From NCBI GenBank assembly GCA_029068505.1, contig JAIECN010000026.1, positions 10,107 through 74,106 of the forward strand: 64,000 nt of DNA. Reading direction: 5' to 3'. Source of the DNA: Alistipes sp. (lineage in GTDB: Bacteria > Bacteroidota > Bacteroidia > Bacteroidales > Rikenellaceae). The notes beneath the pieces are model-generated. The model searched no databases. It was not told where the DNA came from and saw only the letters and a program-made list of their open reading frames with translations. Positions 47,188-59,347 of this stretch are shown piece after piece. Positions within the stretch are counted from its first letter, which is position 1. Each line of letters opens with the position of its first letter. A program made the position numbers and the translations under genes.

Positions 47188-48501
47188 ATGACAGACGAAT
47201 TGATGTCGGAGATCAAAGCGCCCCGGGCGAACAACTCGATCATCACGGTAGTGGGGGTCGGCGGTGCCGGCGGCAATGCTGTGAACCACATGTGGAGCCT
47301 CGGCATCTGCGGTGTGTCGTTCATGGTCTGCAATACCGACCAGCAGGCGTTGGACAAGAGTCCCGTGGAGACCAAGATCCGGTTGGGCAGCGAGGGCCTG
47401 GGCGCCGGCAACGACCCGGAGAACGGACGCCGTGCCGCCGTGGAGACCCTGCCCGAAATCCGGCAGCATTTCGAGTCGGCGGGCACGCGCATGATCTTCA
47501 TCACGGCAGGTATGGGCGGCGGCACCGGTACGGGCGCCTCGCCCGTGATCGCCAAGCTGGCCAAGGAGATGGGGTTGCTGACCGTGGCCATCGTCACTTC
47601 GCCGTTGGCCGTCGAGGGCAAGATCCGTTACGAGCAGGCGTTCCGCGGTATCGAGGAGCTGCGGCAGAATGTCGATTCGCTGCTGATCATCAACAACGAA
47701 AACATCCTCGAAATCTACGGGCGGCTCTCGCTCAAGCAGGCGTTCGGCAAGGCCGACGACATTTTGGCCTCGGCCGCCAAGGGCATCGCCGAAATCATTA
47801 CCGTGGAGAGCGACTTGGTGAACGTCGACTTCGCCGATGTCTCGAAAGTCATGCGTTGCAGCGGCCGCGCCCACATGGCCGTGGCTACGGCCGAGGGCGA
47901 CAGCAGGGCCGAGGCCGTGGCCGAGGCGTCGCTGCGTTCGCCGCTGCTGGACCACAACCTGATTTCGGGTGCCAAGAACATCTTGTTGAACATCTCCGTT
48001 GCCAATGCCGACGAACTGATGTACGAGGAGGTCGTGCGGATTCTGGAGTATATCCAGGCGCATGCCAGCGTGCAGGACGACGAGGGTGCCGTGCACAATG
48101 CCAACATCATCTGGGGTACCAGCGAGAAACCCCAGTTGGGCAACGCCATCGAGTTGGTGGTGGTCGCCACGGGCTTCCAGAGCGAGGAGGTCAAGGAGGT
48201 GATGAAGCAGATCGCACCGGCCGTGATGCCGGCCAAGGAGGGCCAGGCCGAATCGGTGCTGGAGCCGATCAAGCCGCTGGCGGCGAAGTCCGTGCCGCGG
48301 CCCGGCGAGCAGGTGGTGCTGGGCGCCAAGTCGACGCGCTACAACAACATCGACGCACTGTTGTCCAAGCCCGCTTACCAGTCGCGCAATTCGAAGTTCA
48401 TCGTCCAGATGTCGGGCGGCCGCAAGGAGGTGCTGCGCAACGAATCGGCCGGGGCGCCGACCCCCGAGGAGAAGCCCGACGGCGGGTCGCTTTTCGATTA
48501 A
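47188..48501 (+). CDS. ftsZ: Cell division protein FtsZ
   Basis: GVGGAGGNAV, GMGGGTGTG tubulin signature, NVDFADV. Confidence 0.98.
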   Translation: MTDELMSEIKAPRANNSIITVVGVGGAGGNAVNHMWSLGICGVSFMVCNTDQQALDKSPVETKIRLGSEGLGAGNDPENGRRAAVETLPEIRQHFESAGTRMIFITAGMGGGTGTGASPVIAKLAKEMGLLTVAIVTSPLAVEGKIRYEQAFRGIEELRQNVDSLLIINNENILEIYGRLSLKQAFGKADDILASAAKGIAEIITVESDLVNVDFADVSKVMRCSGRAHMAVATAEGDSRAEAVAEASLRSPLLDHNLISGAKNILLNISVANADELMYEEVVRILEYIQAHASVQDDEGAVHNANIIWGTSEKPQLGNAIELVVVATGFQSEEVKEVMKQIAPAVMPAKEGQAESVLEPIKPLAAKSVPRPGEQVVLGAKSTRYNNIDALLSKPAYQSRNSKFIVQMSGGRKEVLRNESAGAPTPEEKPDGGSLFD

Positions 48502-48517
48502 CTAACCGCACCCGAAT

Positions 48518-49795
48518 TTGGAACACGCTCCCTGGATCATATTCAACGGGTTCTCGACCCATATCGTCGTGCGTTGCGTCGCAACGTTGCTTCTGTTGTG
48601 CGTTTCGGCGCTCGTGTCGGGTGCCGAGACTTCGTTTTTCTCCCTTTCGCACAACGATGTGCAGCGTTTCAAGCAGCGGACGAGCGCTTCGGCCGCCGCC
48701 GTCTTGAAATTGTTGGGCGATGTCGATTTTCTGTTGGCTACGATTCTGGTCATCAATAATTTGGTCAACATCTGCATCACCATATTCATGGCCGGCATCG
48801 TCGATGCCCTTTTCACGTTCACGCACCTGGAGTTCCTTTTCAAGACGGTCGTCGTCACGTTCTTCCTGTTGCTCTTCGGCGAGGTGTTGCCCAAGGTGCT
48901 CGCGCAGACTACGCCGGTAAAGTTCGCCCAGTTCGTGGCTCAGCCGTTGGTGGCGTTGCGGTGGGTGTTCTATCCGCTCTCCTACATCCTGGTGCATACG
49001 AGCAGCCGCATCAGCGAGAAAGCCTCGCACAAAAGCGAAATTTCGCTCGACGATCTGGCCGATGCCGTCGATATGACGCATACGAGCAATCCCGAGGAGC
49101 ATGTGATGTTGTCGGGGATCGTCAACTTCGTCAATACCGAGGTGCAGGAGATCATGAAGCCGCGCGTGGACATCACGGCCGTCGAGTTGACCGACGACTA
49201 CGAGAAGGTCAAGCGGACGATCATCGCGTCGGGTTTTTCGCGCATTCCGGTTTTCGAGGAAGATATCGACAACATCCGGGGTACGCTCTATGTCAAGGAT
49301 TTGTTGCCCTACATCAACAACGGCAACGAGTTCGGCTGGCAGCAGTTGATCCGCAAGCCCTATTTCGTGCCCGAGCATAAGAAGATCAACGACTTGTTGG
49401 GCGACTTCCAGTCGAACAAGGTGCACATGGCCATCGTGGTCGACGAATACGGTTCGACGTTGGGTCTGGTGTCGCTGGAGGACATCATCGAGGAGATCGT
49501 CGGCGAAATTTCCGACGAAAGCGACAACGACGAGAGTTTCTATACGCGTCTGGGGCCGAAAAGCTACCTTTTCGAGGGCAAGACCCACATCGGCGATTTC
49601 GAACGCATCCTGGCGCTCGACGAGGAGACTTTCTCCGACGTGCGGGGCGAGGCCGAGACCCTGGCCGGCTTGATGCTCGAACTCAAGCGCGACTTCCCGC
49701 GCAAGGGCGACGTCTTCACGTCGCATGACATCCGTTTTACGATCAAGGAGTTGGATGCGCATCGGGTCGACAAGATACGCGTAGACATAAAGTAA
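48518..49795 (+). CDS. gldE: GldE/HlyC-CorC family CNNM-CBS protein
   Basis: SALVSGAETSFFSL, FGEVLPK, IMKPRVDI, SRIPVF, VVDEYG. Confidence 0.85.
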   Translation: MEHAPWIIFNGFSTHIVVRCVATLLLLCVSALVSGAETSFFSLSHNDVQRFKQRTSASAAAVLKLLGDVDFLLATILVINNLVNICITIFMAGIVDALFTFTHLEFLFKTVVVTFFLLLFGEVLPKVLAQTTPVKFAQFVAQPLVALRWVFYPLSYILVHTSSRISEKASHKSEISLDDLADAVDMTHTSNPEEHVMLSGIVNFVNTEVQEIMKPRVDITAVELTDDYEKVKRTIIASGFSRIPVFEEDIDNIRGTLYVKDLLPYINNGNEFGWQQLIRKPYFVPEHKKINDLLGDFQSNKVHMAIVVDEYGSTLGLVSLEDIIEEIVGEISDESDNDESFYTRLGPKSYLFEGKTHIGDFERILALDEETFSDVRGEAETLAGLMLELKRDFPRKGDVFTSHDIRFTIKELDAHRVDKIRVDIK

Positions 49796-49864
49796 CGAAC
49801 GATTAAGCCACGTCGTTCGGATTCAGGATTCCGGTTCTTACTGCTGCATCAAAGTATATAAGTT

Positions 49865-50560
49865 GTGTTCCGCCTTGTCGTTTCCCAGCCTCTTTCCGAG
49901 ACCGAAATCGCACTTCGGACTACGCCCGAGGAGCAGGCGTATGCCCGGACGTTCGGTTGTGCGCGCCGACGTTGCGAATGGCTTTCGTGGCGGGCGATCG
50001 TGCGGCGCGAGCTATGCCGCGAGCGGGACTGCGACCCGGCCGGAATCCGGATCGGTTACGATGCGGCGGGTGCTCCGAGGGTCGAAATCCTGGAAGCAGG
50101 AGAATCGGAATTAGGAAAACAGAAATTAGGAGAGTCGGAATTAAGAAAACCGGAATCAGGAGCAATGGAACTCCGAAAATCGGTTTCCGGATCGTCGGGT
50201 TGTGCTGTGCATGTCGCCGTGTCGCATTGTGAGGACTGCATCGCTGTGGCTTTCGCCGATACGCCTTGCGCCGTGGATGTCGAATCGGCGTCCCGCGATT
50301 TCGGGCGGGTCGTTTCCCGTTGTATGTCCGCCGAGGAGCGGATTTTGTCGGACGATCCGTTGTGGCCCGCCATCGTGTGGTGCGCCAAGGAGACCCTCTA
50401 TAAGTTCGCCGGGCGCCGCGAGTTGGATTTGTTGCGCGATTTGCGGATCGAGGAGGCCGATTTCCATAGCGCTTCGCTCGTCGGCCGGATTTGCGGCGGC
50501 GAGGCGTTGCGGCTGCATTTTTTGCTGCTCGGGGGCCGTGTCATCGTCTTTTTGTCTTGA
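49865..50560 (+). CDS. 4'-phosphopantetheinyl transferase superfamily protein with repeat insertion
   Basis: RRCEWLSWR, YDAAGAP, VAVSH, AVDVE, WCAKETLYK. Confidence 0.85.
   Translation: MFRLVVSQPLSETEIALRTTPEEQAYARTFGCARRRCEWLSWRAIVRRELCRERDCDPAGIRIGYDAAGAPRVEILEAGESELGKQKLGESELRKPESGAMELRKSVSGSSGCAVHVAVSHCEDCIAVAFADTPCAVDVESASRDFGRVVSRCMSAEERILSDDPLWPAIVWCAKETLYKFAGRRELDLLRDLRIEEADFHSASLVGRICGGEALRLHFLLLGGRVIVFLS
50093..50199 (+). repeat. AT-richer 30-bp (2x15) degenerate tandem repeat inside the PPTase gene
   Basis: Encodes EAGESELGKQ KLGESELRKP ESGAMELRKS VSGSSG. Confidence 0.8.
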
Positions 50561-50562
50561 TT

Positions 50563-51207
50563 ATGGAAATTGCACCGCCCCGTTTGCCGGATCGTTCTGC
50601 GCCCACTGCCGATGCCGCGCTTGTCTCCGAAGCCGAGGAGGTCGTCGATGCGATTTTCCGCGGCGCGGTCTTCGGCGGAGTCGTTCGCGAGCATCTGTTC
50701 GTCGAGCGGTGCATCTTTTCCGGATGCCGTTTTTCCGGCGCCGTGTTGGTGCGGGCGCGTTTTTCCGATGTCTTGTTCCGCAATTGCGACTTTTCCAATG
50801 CCGATCTGCACGATTGTTCGTTCCAGCGGGTGCAGTTTGTCGATTGCAAATTTACCGGGGTCGAATTCGCCGAAGCAACGTTCGGTTCAGTCCGCTTTTC
50901 GCATTGTCGGGGCGAGTTCGCCGGTTTCGCCGCTGCACGGTTCCGCCGGGCGAGGTTCGAGGAGTGCATCTTGCCTAACGCCGTTTTGAGCGGCTGCCGT
51001 TTCGAGCAGACGGCGTTTTCCGCTTGCGACCTCTCGACGGCCGAGTTCTTCGGCAGCCGTTTGCAGGGGATTTCGTTGGCCGACTGCGACATCCGAGGCA
51101 TCCGTCTGCGCGATTGCACGTCGTTCGAGCTTCGGGGCGTCCGCATTTCGCCGGCCCAGGCCCTCGATCTGGTGAAACTCCTCGGTGCGGAGTTCGAGGA
51201 GGAGTGA
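50563..51207 (+). CDS. Pentapeptide repeat protein
   Basis: Continuous (A/C)(D/R)(F/L)xx repeats, e.g. CDFSN ADLHD CSFQR VQFVD CKFTG. Confidence 0.92.
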   Translation: MEIAPPRLPDRSAPTADAALVSEAEEVVDAIFRGAVFGGVVREHLFVERCIFSGCRFSGAVLVRARFSDVLFRNCDFSNADLHDCSFQRVQFVDCKFTGVEFAEATFGSVRFSHCRGEFAGFAAARFRRARFEECILPNAVLSGCRFEQTAFSACDLSTAEFFGSRLQGISLADCDIRGIRLRDCTSFELRGVRISPAQALDLVKLLGAEFEEE

Positions 51208-51248
51208 AAAAACGCCGGAATCCGTTTGTGTGGATTCCGGCGTTTGTT
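51208..51248. terminator. Bidirectional terminator
   Basis: AAACGCCGGAATCC-GTTTGTGT-GGATTCCGGCGTTT between convergent genes. Confidence 0.88.
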
Positions 51249-51291
51249 CACAAAGCGCGGTGTTCTTCGAGAACTTCTTTCGCTCGCGGTT

Positions 51292-52497
51292 TTATTCGAA
51301 CCCCAGTTTTTTGGCGATGTGCTCGGGCAGGGCTTTCTTGTTGAGCATGATCGAGGTCGTCTTGTAGGCCACGAACGGCTGCGAGAAATACCAGTAGCCT
51401 CCGTAGGGCGGACGTTCGCCCCACGAGTTAAGCACCTTGTAGAACGGATTCCCGGCTTGGTCGGTGGCTTTGCCCACGATCACCATGCCGTGGTCGTCGG
51501 TGGTTTCGTAGTTGTCGAATGCTTTCTGACGCTTGGCCTGGGTGATGACCTGCTCCTGCACAGGTTTGTCGAACGAGTAGAGGGCCGCATCTTTCTCCTG
51601 CTGGGTGAGCTTGCCCCATTTTTCGGCTTCCGTGCCGCTCATGTTTTCGGCTTCGGCTTCGGGAACGATGCCGATCGCCTTGGTGCGGCTGAAGCCCTTT
51701 TCGCTCACGTCGGTGCCCCACGAGAGTGCATACCCCTGGTCGAGGGCATGGTCGACGGCCTCCATCATCTCGTCGAGCGGGAGGTTGTATACCTGGCCCC
51801 ACATCCAGTTGTCAGGCACTTCCATGATGAACTGCGTGTAGAACGGATGGTGGGTGAACGACGTGATGTCGATGTAGTCGTCCATGTCGATGGGCAGCGA
51901 CGCCGCGAACGAAGCAGGCGTGTATTCTTTGCCCTGGTAGACGAATGTCTCGGGCACGGGGCCGAAGTATTCGTCGAGCAAGGCGTCGAAAGCGCGCTGC
52001 CATGCCGTGGAGAGGGGCATGTTCGATTTGTCGCCCGCGCGGATCACGGCGTCGAGGTAGGCCTTGAACGCCCCCGAGAGTTCGTGGAAGTCGGGCTTCT
52101 CGGTGCCGTAGTTCAGACCCGGGTAGGCCTCGAACGGCACGATGCCGTAGCGCTTGATCATCTCGACGACGTCGTGCGAGGCGCCGCCCTCGGCGAAGTT
52201 CAGATAGCCGTGCATGCGGACATACTTCAGGGCTTTTTCCATGAACGTGTGGCGTACGATCCACATCTCCGACAAGTGCATCGGCTCGCCGCCGGCGCGC
52301 ATGATTTCGCTTTCGAGGAACGAGCAGGTCGAGAAACTCCAGCAGGTGCCGCTGCGGCTCTGATCCTTGACGGGGGTTATGGGCACCGACTTGCCGTCGG
52401 TGAAGCGGTAGCCCTTCTCTTCGGCGGCTTTGGGCGTCCGTGCCGCAACGCTGAAGAGCGCGCCGGCGAAAAGCAGGGTGAGAACGAGGTTTTTCAT
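51292..52497 (-). CDS. Exported C1-family cysteine aminopeptidase (PepC-like)
   Basis: True start MKNLVL at 52497 with signal peptide; DQSRSGTCWSFS, TDDHGM, VLNSWG. Confidence 0.92.
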   Translation of the reverse strand: MKNLVLTLLFAGALFSVAARTPKAAEEKGYRFTDGKSVPITPVKDQSRSGTCWSFSTCSFLESEIMRAGGEPMHLSEMWIVRHTFMEKALKYVRMHGYLNFAEGGASHDVVEMIKRYGIVPFEAYPGLNYGTEKPDFHELSGAFKAYLDAVIRAGDKSNMPLSTAWQRAFDALLDEYFGPVPETFVYQGKEYTPASFAASLPIDMDDYIDITSFTHHPFYTQFIMEVPDNWMWGQVYNLPLDEMMEAVDHALDQGYALSWGTDVSEKGFSRTKAIGIVPEAEAENMSGTEAEKWGKLTQQEKDAALYSFDKPVQEQVITQAKRQKAFDNYETTDDHGMVIVGKATDQAGNPFYKVLNSWGERPPYGGYWYFSQPFVAYKTTSIMLNKKALPEHIAKKLGFE

Positions 52498-52523
52498 GGT
52501 ATTCGGGATGTTTGGGTTGAAAT

Positions 52524-54821
<2,298 letters not shown>

Positions 54822-54901
54822 TGCGTTGATGTATGGCTTTTCAGAAATGCGAAAACCTAAGTGCTCGACTTAGGTTGCGCATCCGTAGGGTTTGCGGGGC
54901 G

Positions 54902-56524
54902 TTATTTCTTGATCAGATTATAGGTCAGTTCGAAACGGATCGGCGCGTTGTTCTGCACGGGGTCGTCCGGCGACGAGACCATGCCTTGCAAGACGGTGTA
55001 GGCCGGCGTGTAGTAGCTGTAGGCCTCGGGCGCGGCGTAGATCGTACGGTTCTTGATCTTCGCCGGGTCGATCTCCCTGCCCTCGCGCTGCGCGGCGTCG
55101 CGTTCGTCAGTATAGCTGTTCCAGAGGGTCTGTATGTAGCCCGTGATGTCGAACGTGTAGCAGCCGCGGCTGCGGTTGATGTAGCCGCCGTAGGCGAGTG
55201 CCGTATCGTAGGTTTGTTCGTAGTAATAGTTGTAGTCCGAAATCGCCGTCAGGGCCTTGTAATCCGTATAGAGACCGATTCGTTCCGGTGCGGCGTCCAT
55301 GTCGAAGATCAGCCGGCCGGGCGCTGCGGGGTTGATCGCGTCCCATTCGTAGTCGCTGTCGTTGAAATAGACCAGCATGCGGGCCTGGCTGAACGCCAGG
55401 GTCGAGAATTCGTATCCTCCCTTGTTGGCTTCTTCGATCTTGTTTTCCAGCTCGGCGAAGAACTCCTCCGTAAACGTGATTTCGGTCACCACGCCGCCCA
55501 TGCCTTCGACGATCATCCGGCTGTCGGGCTGCCGGTTGTCGGACGCGCCCGGCGCAGGTTCGCGCACGTTGGCGGGGTCGATCATGCTGCCTTCGTGGTT
55601 CCGTTTGATGACGTTGACCGACACGTTGCCGTGGGTGGGCGACAGGTCGGTATCCTTGAAGATGTAGAGCAGCGACAGGGTGTCCTTCACCAGCGAGGGG
55701 TCTTCCTTGAGGCGGGTGCGGCCGTAGATCGCCAGGCCCGAGCCGGAGAGGTCGAGGGCGTATATGCCGCCTTTGCTTTTGCCGGTCTGCTCCGTTACGG
55801 GGCGGATGTAGAGACCCTTGAATTCGTCGACCCACTGCGCGAGGCTGTCGAGGGTGGTGTAGACCGAATAGTCGCCCGCATATTTGCCGCTCTGGAGCAT
55901 CAGCCGGTCGACGAACTCGCGTCCGCCCTCGGCCAGATCGAGCGTCACGGCCGTGGTCGCGGGGCCGGTCGTCTTGCCGTCGGGGAATTCGAAGGTGAAG
56001 AGCGGGGTCTTGCCCACATAGGGATCGGGATCGAAATCGAGGTAGAATATGGAGTCCTGCCGTTCGGTCAGGTAGGCGTTGTCTGTGATTTCGTAGATGC
56101 CGTAGAGCTGCGGGGTGAGGGTGTCGCGGCCGTAGTCGGTGATCGTCAGCAGCAGCTGCGCCGAGTCGAAGATCGGCCGTTCGCCGAACTGGTTGTCGGC
56201 GACTTGCACATAGTAGAGATATTGGGTGAGGAATCCCGCCGAGCGCAGGCCCAGCGTATCGTTCTGCTGCGCCCCTATGTAGCCGTAGGATATGTTCGAC
56301 GTGCGGATCGAGTCGCTCTGGAAGAGCTTGGTTTCGACATATTGCTTCGGATTCGGCTCGTTTTTGAGCGGAAAGGTCGCATATCCGGCCTGCATCTGCT
56401 GGGTATCGGGCACGAGGTTCGAACCCAGCGAATCGTCGACCGTGGTGCAGCCCGCCCACCCGGCCGCCCCCGCAAAAAGGGCCGCGAAGAGCATTGCACG
56501 ACGGAAACTATTGAATCTCATCAT
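54902..56524 (-). CDS. DUF4270-like lipoprotein
   Basis: Lipobox WAGC, FKGLYI motif, position directly after the GT5-domain gene as is usual in Bacteroidota. Confidence 0.7.
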   Translation of the reverse strand: MMRFNSFRRAMLFAALFAGAAGWAGCTTVDDSLGSNLVPDTQQMQAGYATFPLKNEPNPKQYVETKLFQSDSIRTSNISYGYIGAQQNDTLGLRSAGFLTQYLYYVQVADNQFGERPIFDSAQLLLTITDYGRDTLTPQLYGIYEITDNAYLTERQDSIFYLDFDPDPYVGKTPLFTFEFPDGKTTGPATTAVTLDLAEGGREFVDRLMLQSGKYAGDYSVYTTLDSLAQWVDEFKGLYIRPVTEQTGKSKGGIYALDLSGSGLAIYGRTRLKEDPSLVKDTLSLLYIFKDTDLSPTHGNVSVNVIKRNHEGSMIDPANVREPAPGASDNRQPDSRMIVEGMGGVVTEITFTEEFFAELENKIEEANKGGYEFSTLAFSQARMLVYFNDSDYEWDAINPAAPGRLIFDMDAAPERIGLYTDYKALTAISDYNYYYEQTYDTALAYGGYINRSRGCYTFDITGYIQTLWNSYTDERDAAQREGREIDPAKIKNRTIYAAPEAYSYYTPAYTVLQGMVSSPDDPVQNNAPIRFELTYNLIKK

Positions 56525-57314
56525 AGAATCGGTTGTAATTATCGAAAAAGTCCTCTGCCTCGGGCGCCTGGTACTCCAGCATCGGCTTGCCGCTCTGGCG
56601 GGCGATTTCGAGCACCCGTGCGTCGACGCCGGCGGATGCGGCGATCACGCCGTCGGCATACTTCATAACGAAACGGCAGAGGTTTTCGTATGACGGCGCG
56701 TCGAGAATCGACAGATTTTTGTCCTTGACCCCTTCGCCGGCGATCTTCGCGCCGAAACCCTTGTCCAGCTCGCCGCCGAAGCCGTCGTCGTAGAGCGACA
56801 CGACGACCTTCACGTTGCGGAAGATCGGATCGTCGGCGAAAACCTTCTTCAGGTATACGGGCACGACCCCCGTGAACCATCCGTGGCAATGGACGATCGA
56901 GGGCGCCCAGCGCAGTTTCTTGACGGTCTCCAGCACGCCGCGGGCGAAGAAGATGGCCCGCTCGTCGTTGTCGGGGAACTCCGCTCCTGCGGCATCCTGC
57001 AACACGGCCTTGCGCGAGAAGTAGTCGTCGTTGTCGATGAAGTAGATCTGCACGCGGGCGGCAGGAATCGACGCCACCTTGATGATGAGCTGGTGGTCGT
57101 TGTCGTCGATGATCAGATTCATGCCCGAAAGGCGGATCACCTCGTGGAGCTGGTGGCGGCGCTCGTTGATGCACCCGTAGCGGGGCATGAACGTGCGGAT
57201 TTCATTGCCGCGCTCCTGCATCGCCTGCACCAGCGAACGGCATAACACGGAAGCCTCCGTTTCGGGGAGGTAGGGCATTATTTGCTGACAGACGTACAGA
57301 ATCTTGCTTGCCAT
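56508..57314 (-). CDS. Stand-alone glycogen/starch synthase (GT5) N-terminal domain protein
   Basis: EIRTFMPRYG, DNDERAIFF, IVHCHGW; only 268 aa. Confidence 0.85.
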   Translation of the reverse strand: MASKILYVCQQIMPYLPETEASVLCRSLVQAMQERGNEIRTFMPRYGCINERRHQLHEVIRLSGMNLIIDDNDHQLIIKVASIPAARVQIYFIDNDDYFSRKAVLQDAAGAEFPDNDERAIFFARGVLETVKKLRWAPSIVHCHGWFTGVVPVYLKKVFADDPIFRNVKVVVSLYDDGFGGELDKGFGAKIAGEGVKDKNLSILDAPSYENLCRFVMKYADGVIAASAGVDARVLEIARQSGKPMLEYQAPEAEDFFDNYNRFYDEIQ

Positions 57315-57474
57315 GAATCGTAAGTTTTAAGGTCGGAAAGCCGGTTCTTCGGGGGCGCCCCGTCGCGGTCGTCTCGTGGCGGGCCGTCCTGCGCGGGGGG
57401 GCGCTCCTCTGCGGAACCGGGACACACCAACGCCGAACGGAGCGCGAATATTGCGGGGCGACGCTCGTATTTTG

Positions 57475-57482
57475 CAAAGATA
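57475..57482 (-). promoter_or_regulatory. -7 promoter element TATCTTTG
   Basis: Consensus match about 160 nt upstream of the GT5-domain gene. Confidence 0.55.
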
Positions 57483-57493
57483 GTGAAAAAATA

Positions 57494-58543
57494 TTAAAGA
57501 ATGAGCATCGCATCGCCGTAAGTACCGAAGCGGTATCCCTCTTCTTTAGCGATTTTGTAGGCGTTCATCACGGTTTCGTAGCCGCCGAACGCCGCCACCA
57601 TCATCAGCTGCGTGGAGTAGGGCAGGTGGAAGTTCGAGACCATCGCGTCGGCCACCGAGAAGTCGTAGGGCGCGAAGATGAATTTGTTCGTCCATCCCTC
57701 CGAGGCCTTGATCATGCCGCCCGTCGAGACGGCGGTTTCGATCGTGCGCATGACCGTGGTGCCGATCGCCACGACCTTGCGTCCGTCGCGTTTGGCGGCG
57801 TTGACCGTCGCTGCGGTTTCTTCGGTCACGAAGAACTGCTCGGAGTCCATCTTGTGTTTCGAGAGGTCTTCGACGTCCACCGTGCGGAAGTTGCCCAGTC
57901 CGACGTGCAGCGTGACGAACGCGCTGTCGATCCCCTTGATCTCCATGCGCTTGAGCAGGTGCTTCGAGAAGTGCATGCCGGCCGTCGGGGCTGCTACGGC
58001 GCCCTCCTTGGCGGCGAAGATCGTCTGGTAGCGTTCGGCGTCCTGGGGTTCGACCTTTTCGCGCACCCACTTGGGCAGCGGGGTTTCGCCCAGGGCGAAA
58101 AGCGCTTCCTTGAATTCCTCGTAGGAGCCGTCGAAAAGGAAGCGCAGCGTGCGGCCGCGCGAGGTGGTGTTGTCGATCACTTCGGCCACCAGCAGGTCGT
58201 CGTCGCCGAAGTAGAGTTTGTTGCCTATGCGGATCTTGCGGGCCGGGTCGACCAGCACGTCCCACAGGCGGAGTTCGCGGTTCAGCTCGCGCAGCAGGAA
58301 GATTTCGATCTCGGCGCCGGTCTTCTCCTTGTTGCCGTAGAGGCGTGCGGGGAAGACCTTGGTGTCGTTGAAGATGAAGAGGTCTTTCTCGTCGAAATAT
58401 TCGATGATATCTTTGAACTGCCGATGTTCGATGCTGCCTTTGGCGCGGTCGACGACCATCAGGCGCGATTCGTCGCGGTTGTCGGCCGGATAGCGGGCCA
58501 GCATTTCGGATGTGAAATCGTAGCCGTACTGCGATAGTTTCAT
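57494..58543 (-). CDS. queA: SAM:tRNA ribosyltransferase-isomerase
   Basis: [51 protein letters not shown]; start 58543. Confidence 0.96.
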   Translation of the reverse strand: MKLSQYGYDFTSEMLARYPADNRDESRLMVVDRAKGSIEHRQFKDIIEYFDEKDLFIFNDTKVFPARLYGNKEKTGAEIEIFLLRELNRELRLWDVLVDPARKIRIGNKLYFGDDDLLVAEVIDNTTSRGRTLRFLFDGSYEEFKEALFALGETPLPKWVREKVEPQDAERYQTIFAAKEGAVAAPTAGMHFSKHLLKRMEIKGIDSAFVTLHVGLGNFRTVDVEDLSKHKMDSEQFFVTEETAATVNAAKRDGRKVVAIGTTVMRTIETAVSTGGMIKASEGWTNKFIFAPYDFSVADAMVSNFHLPYSTQLMMVAAFGGYETVMNAYKIAKEEGYRFGTYGDAMLIL

Positions 58544-58618
58544 AGCGGGGAAAGGTTTCTCAAAAAGGTTTCTCGGTGGAATCGTGTGTAGCAATACTAA
58601 TTGTATACGCAAAAAAAT

Positions 58619-59347
58619 CTATTTTGTTTCGATTCCGTGCAAATTTTCTATCAGTTCCTCCAGCTGCCAGGCGTTTTCGGCCGTGAAGCCGCCGCTGCGC
58701 GTGCGGCGCAGCGAGGAGAGGTGGGCGCCGCTGTCGAGCGCTTCGCCTATTTCGCAGGCCAGCGAACGGATGTAGGTGCCTTTGCTGCACCGTACGCGGA
58801 TGCGGATGCGGGGCAGGGCATATTCTTGGAGTTCGATTTCGTAGATGTTGATCGGCGCCTTGCGCAGTTCTACGCTGTCGGTCGTCCCGCCTGCCCGGGC
58901 CAGTTCGTAGGCCCGCATGCCGTCGATCTTCTTGGCTGAATAGAGGGGCGGCGCCTGGAGCCGCTCCCCCTCCAGGGAGCGGAGCGCTTCGACGACTTTT
59001 TCGCGGGTGATGTGTTCGGTCGGGTAGGTGCGGTCGATGGGGTGTTCCAGATCGTAGCTGGGGGTCGTGGCGCCCAGCACGACGTCGGCCACATACTCCT
59101 TTTCTTCGGCTTGCAGCGCCTCGACCATCTTCGTGGCGCGGCCGATGCAGACCAGCAGCACGCCCGTGGCCAGGGGGTCGAGCGTCCCGGCATGCCCCAC
59201 CTTGATGCGGGAATAGCCGATCTTGCGGAGCGCGAACTTGATCTTGCGCACCACGTCGGTCGACGTCCATTCCAGCGGCTTGTCGATCACGGCGATGTAG
59301 CCCTGCTCGAAATTGAGACCGCGCAGGTCGGTTGCTTCCGGCGTCAT
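58619..59347 (-). CDS. truB: tRNA pseudouridine(55) synthase
   Basis: [32 protein letters not shown]; start 59347. Confidence 0.96.
   Translation of the reverse strand: MTPEATDLRGLNFEQGYIAVIDKPLEWTSTDVVRKIKFALRKIGYSRIKVGHAGTLDPLATGVLLVCIGRATKMVEALQAEEKEYVADVVLGATTPSYDLEHPIDRTYPTEHITREKVVEALRSLEGERLQAPPLYSAKKIDGMRAYELARAGGTTDSVELRKAPINIYEIELQEYALPRIRIRVRCSKGTYIRSLACEIGEALDSGAHLSSLRRTRSGGFTAENAWQLEELIENLHGIETK

Noticed and set aside
58544-58618. preQ1 riboswitch upstream of queA; AAAGGTTTCTC direct repeat (58551, 58564)
   Set aside because: No preQ1 consensus is visible; an 11-bp duplication alone does not support a function.
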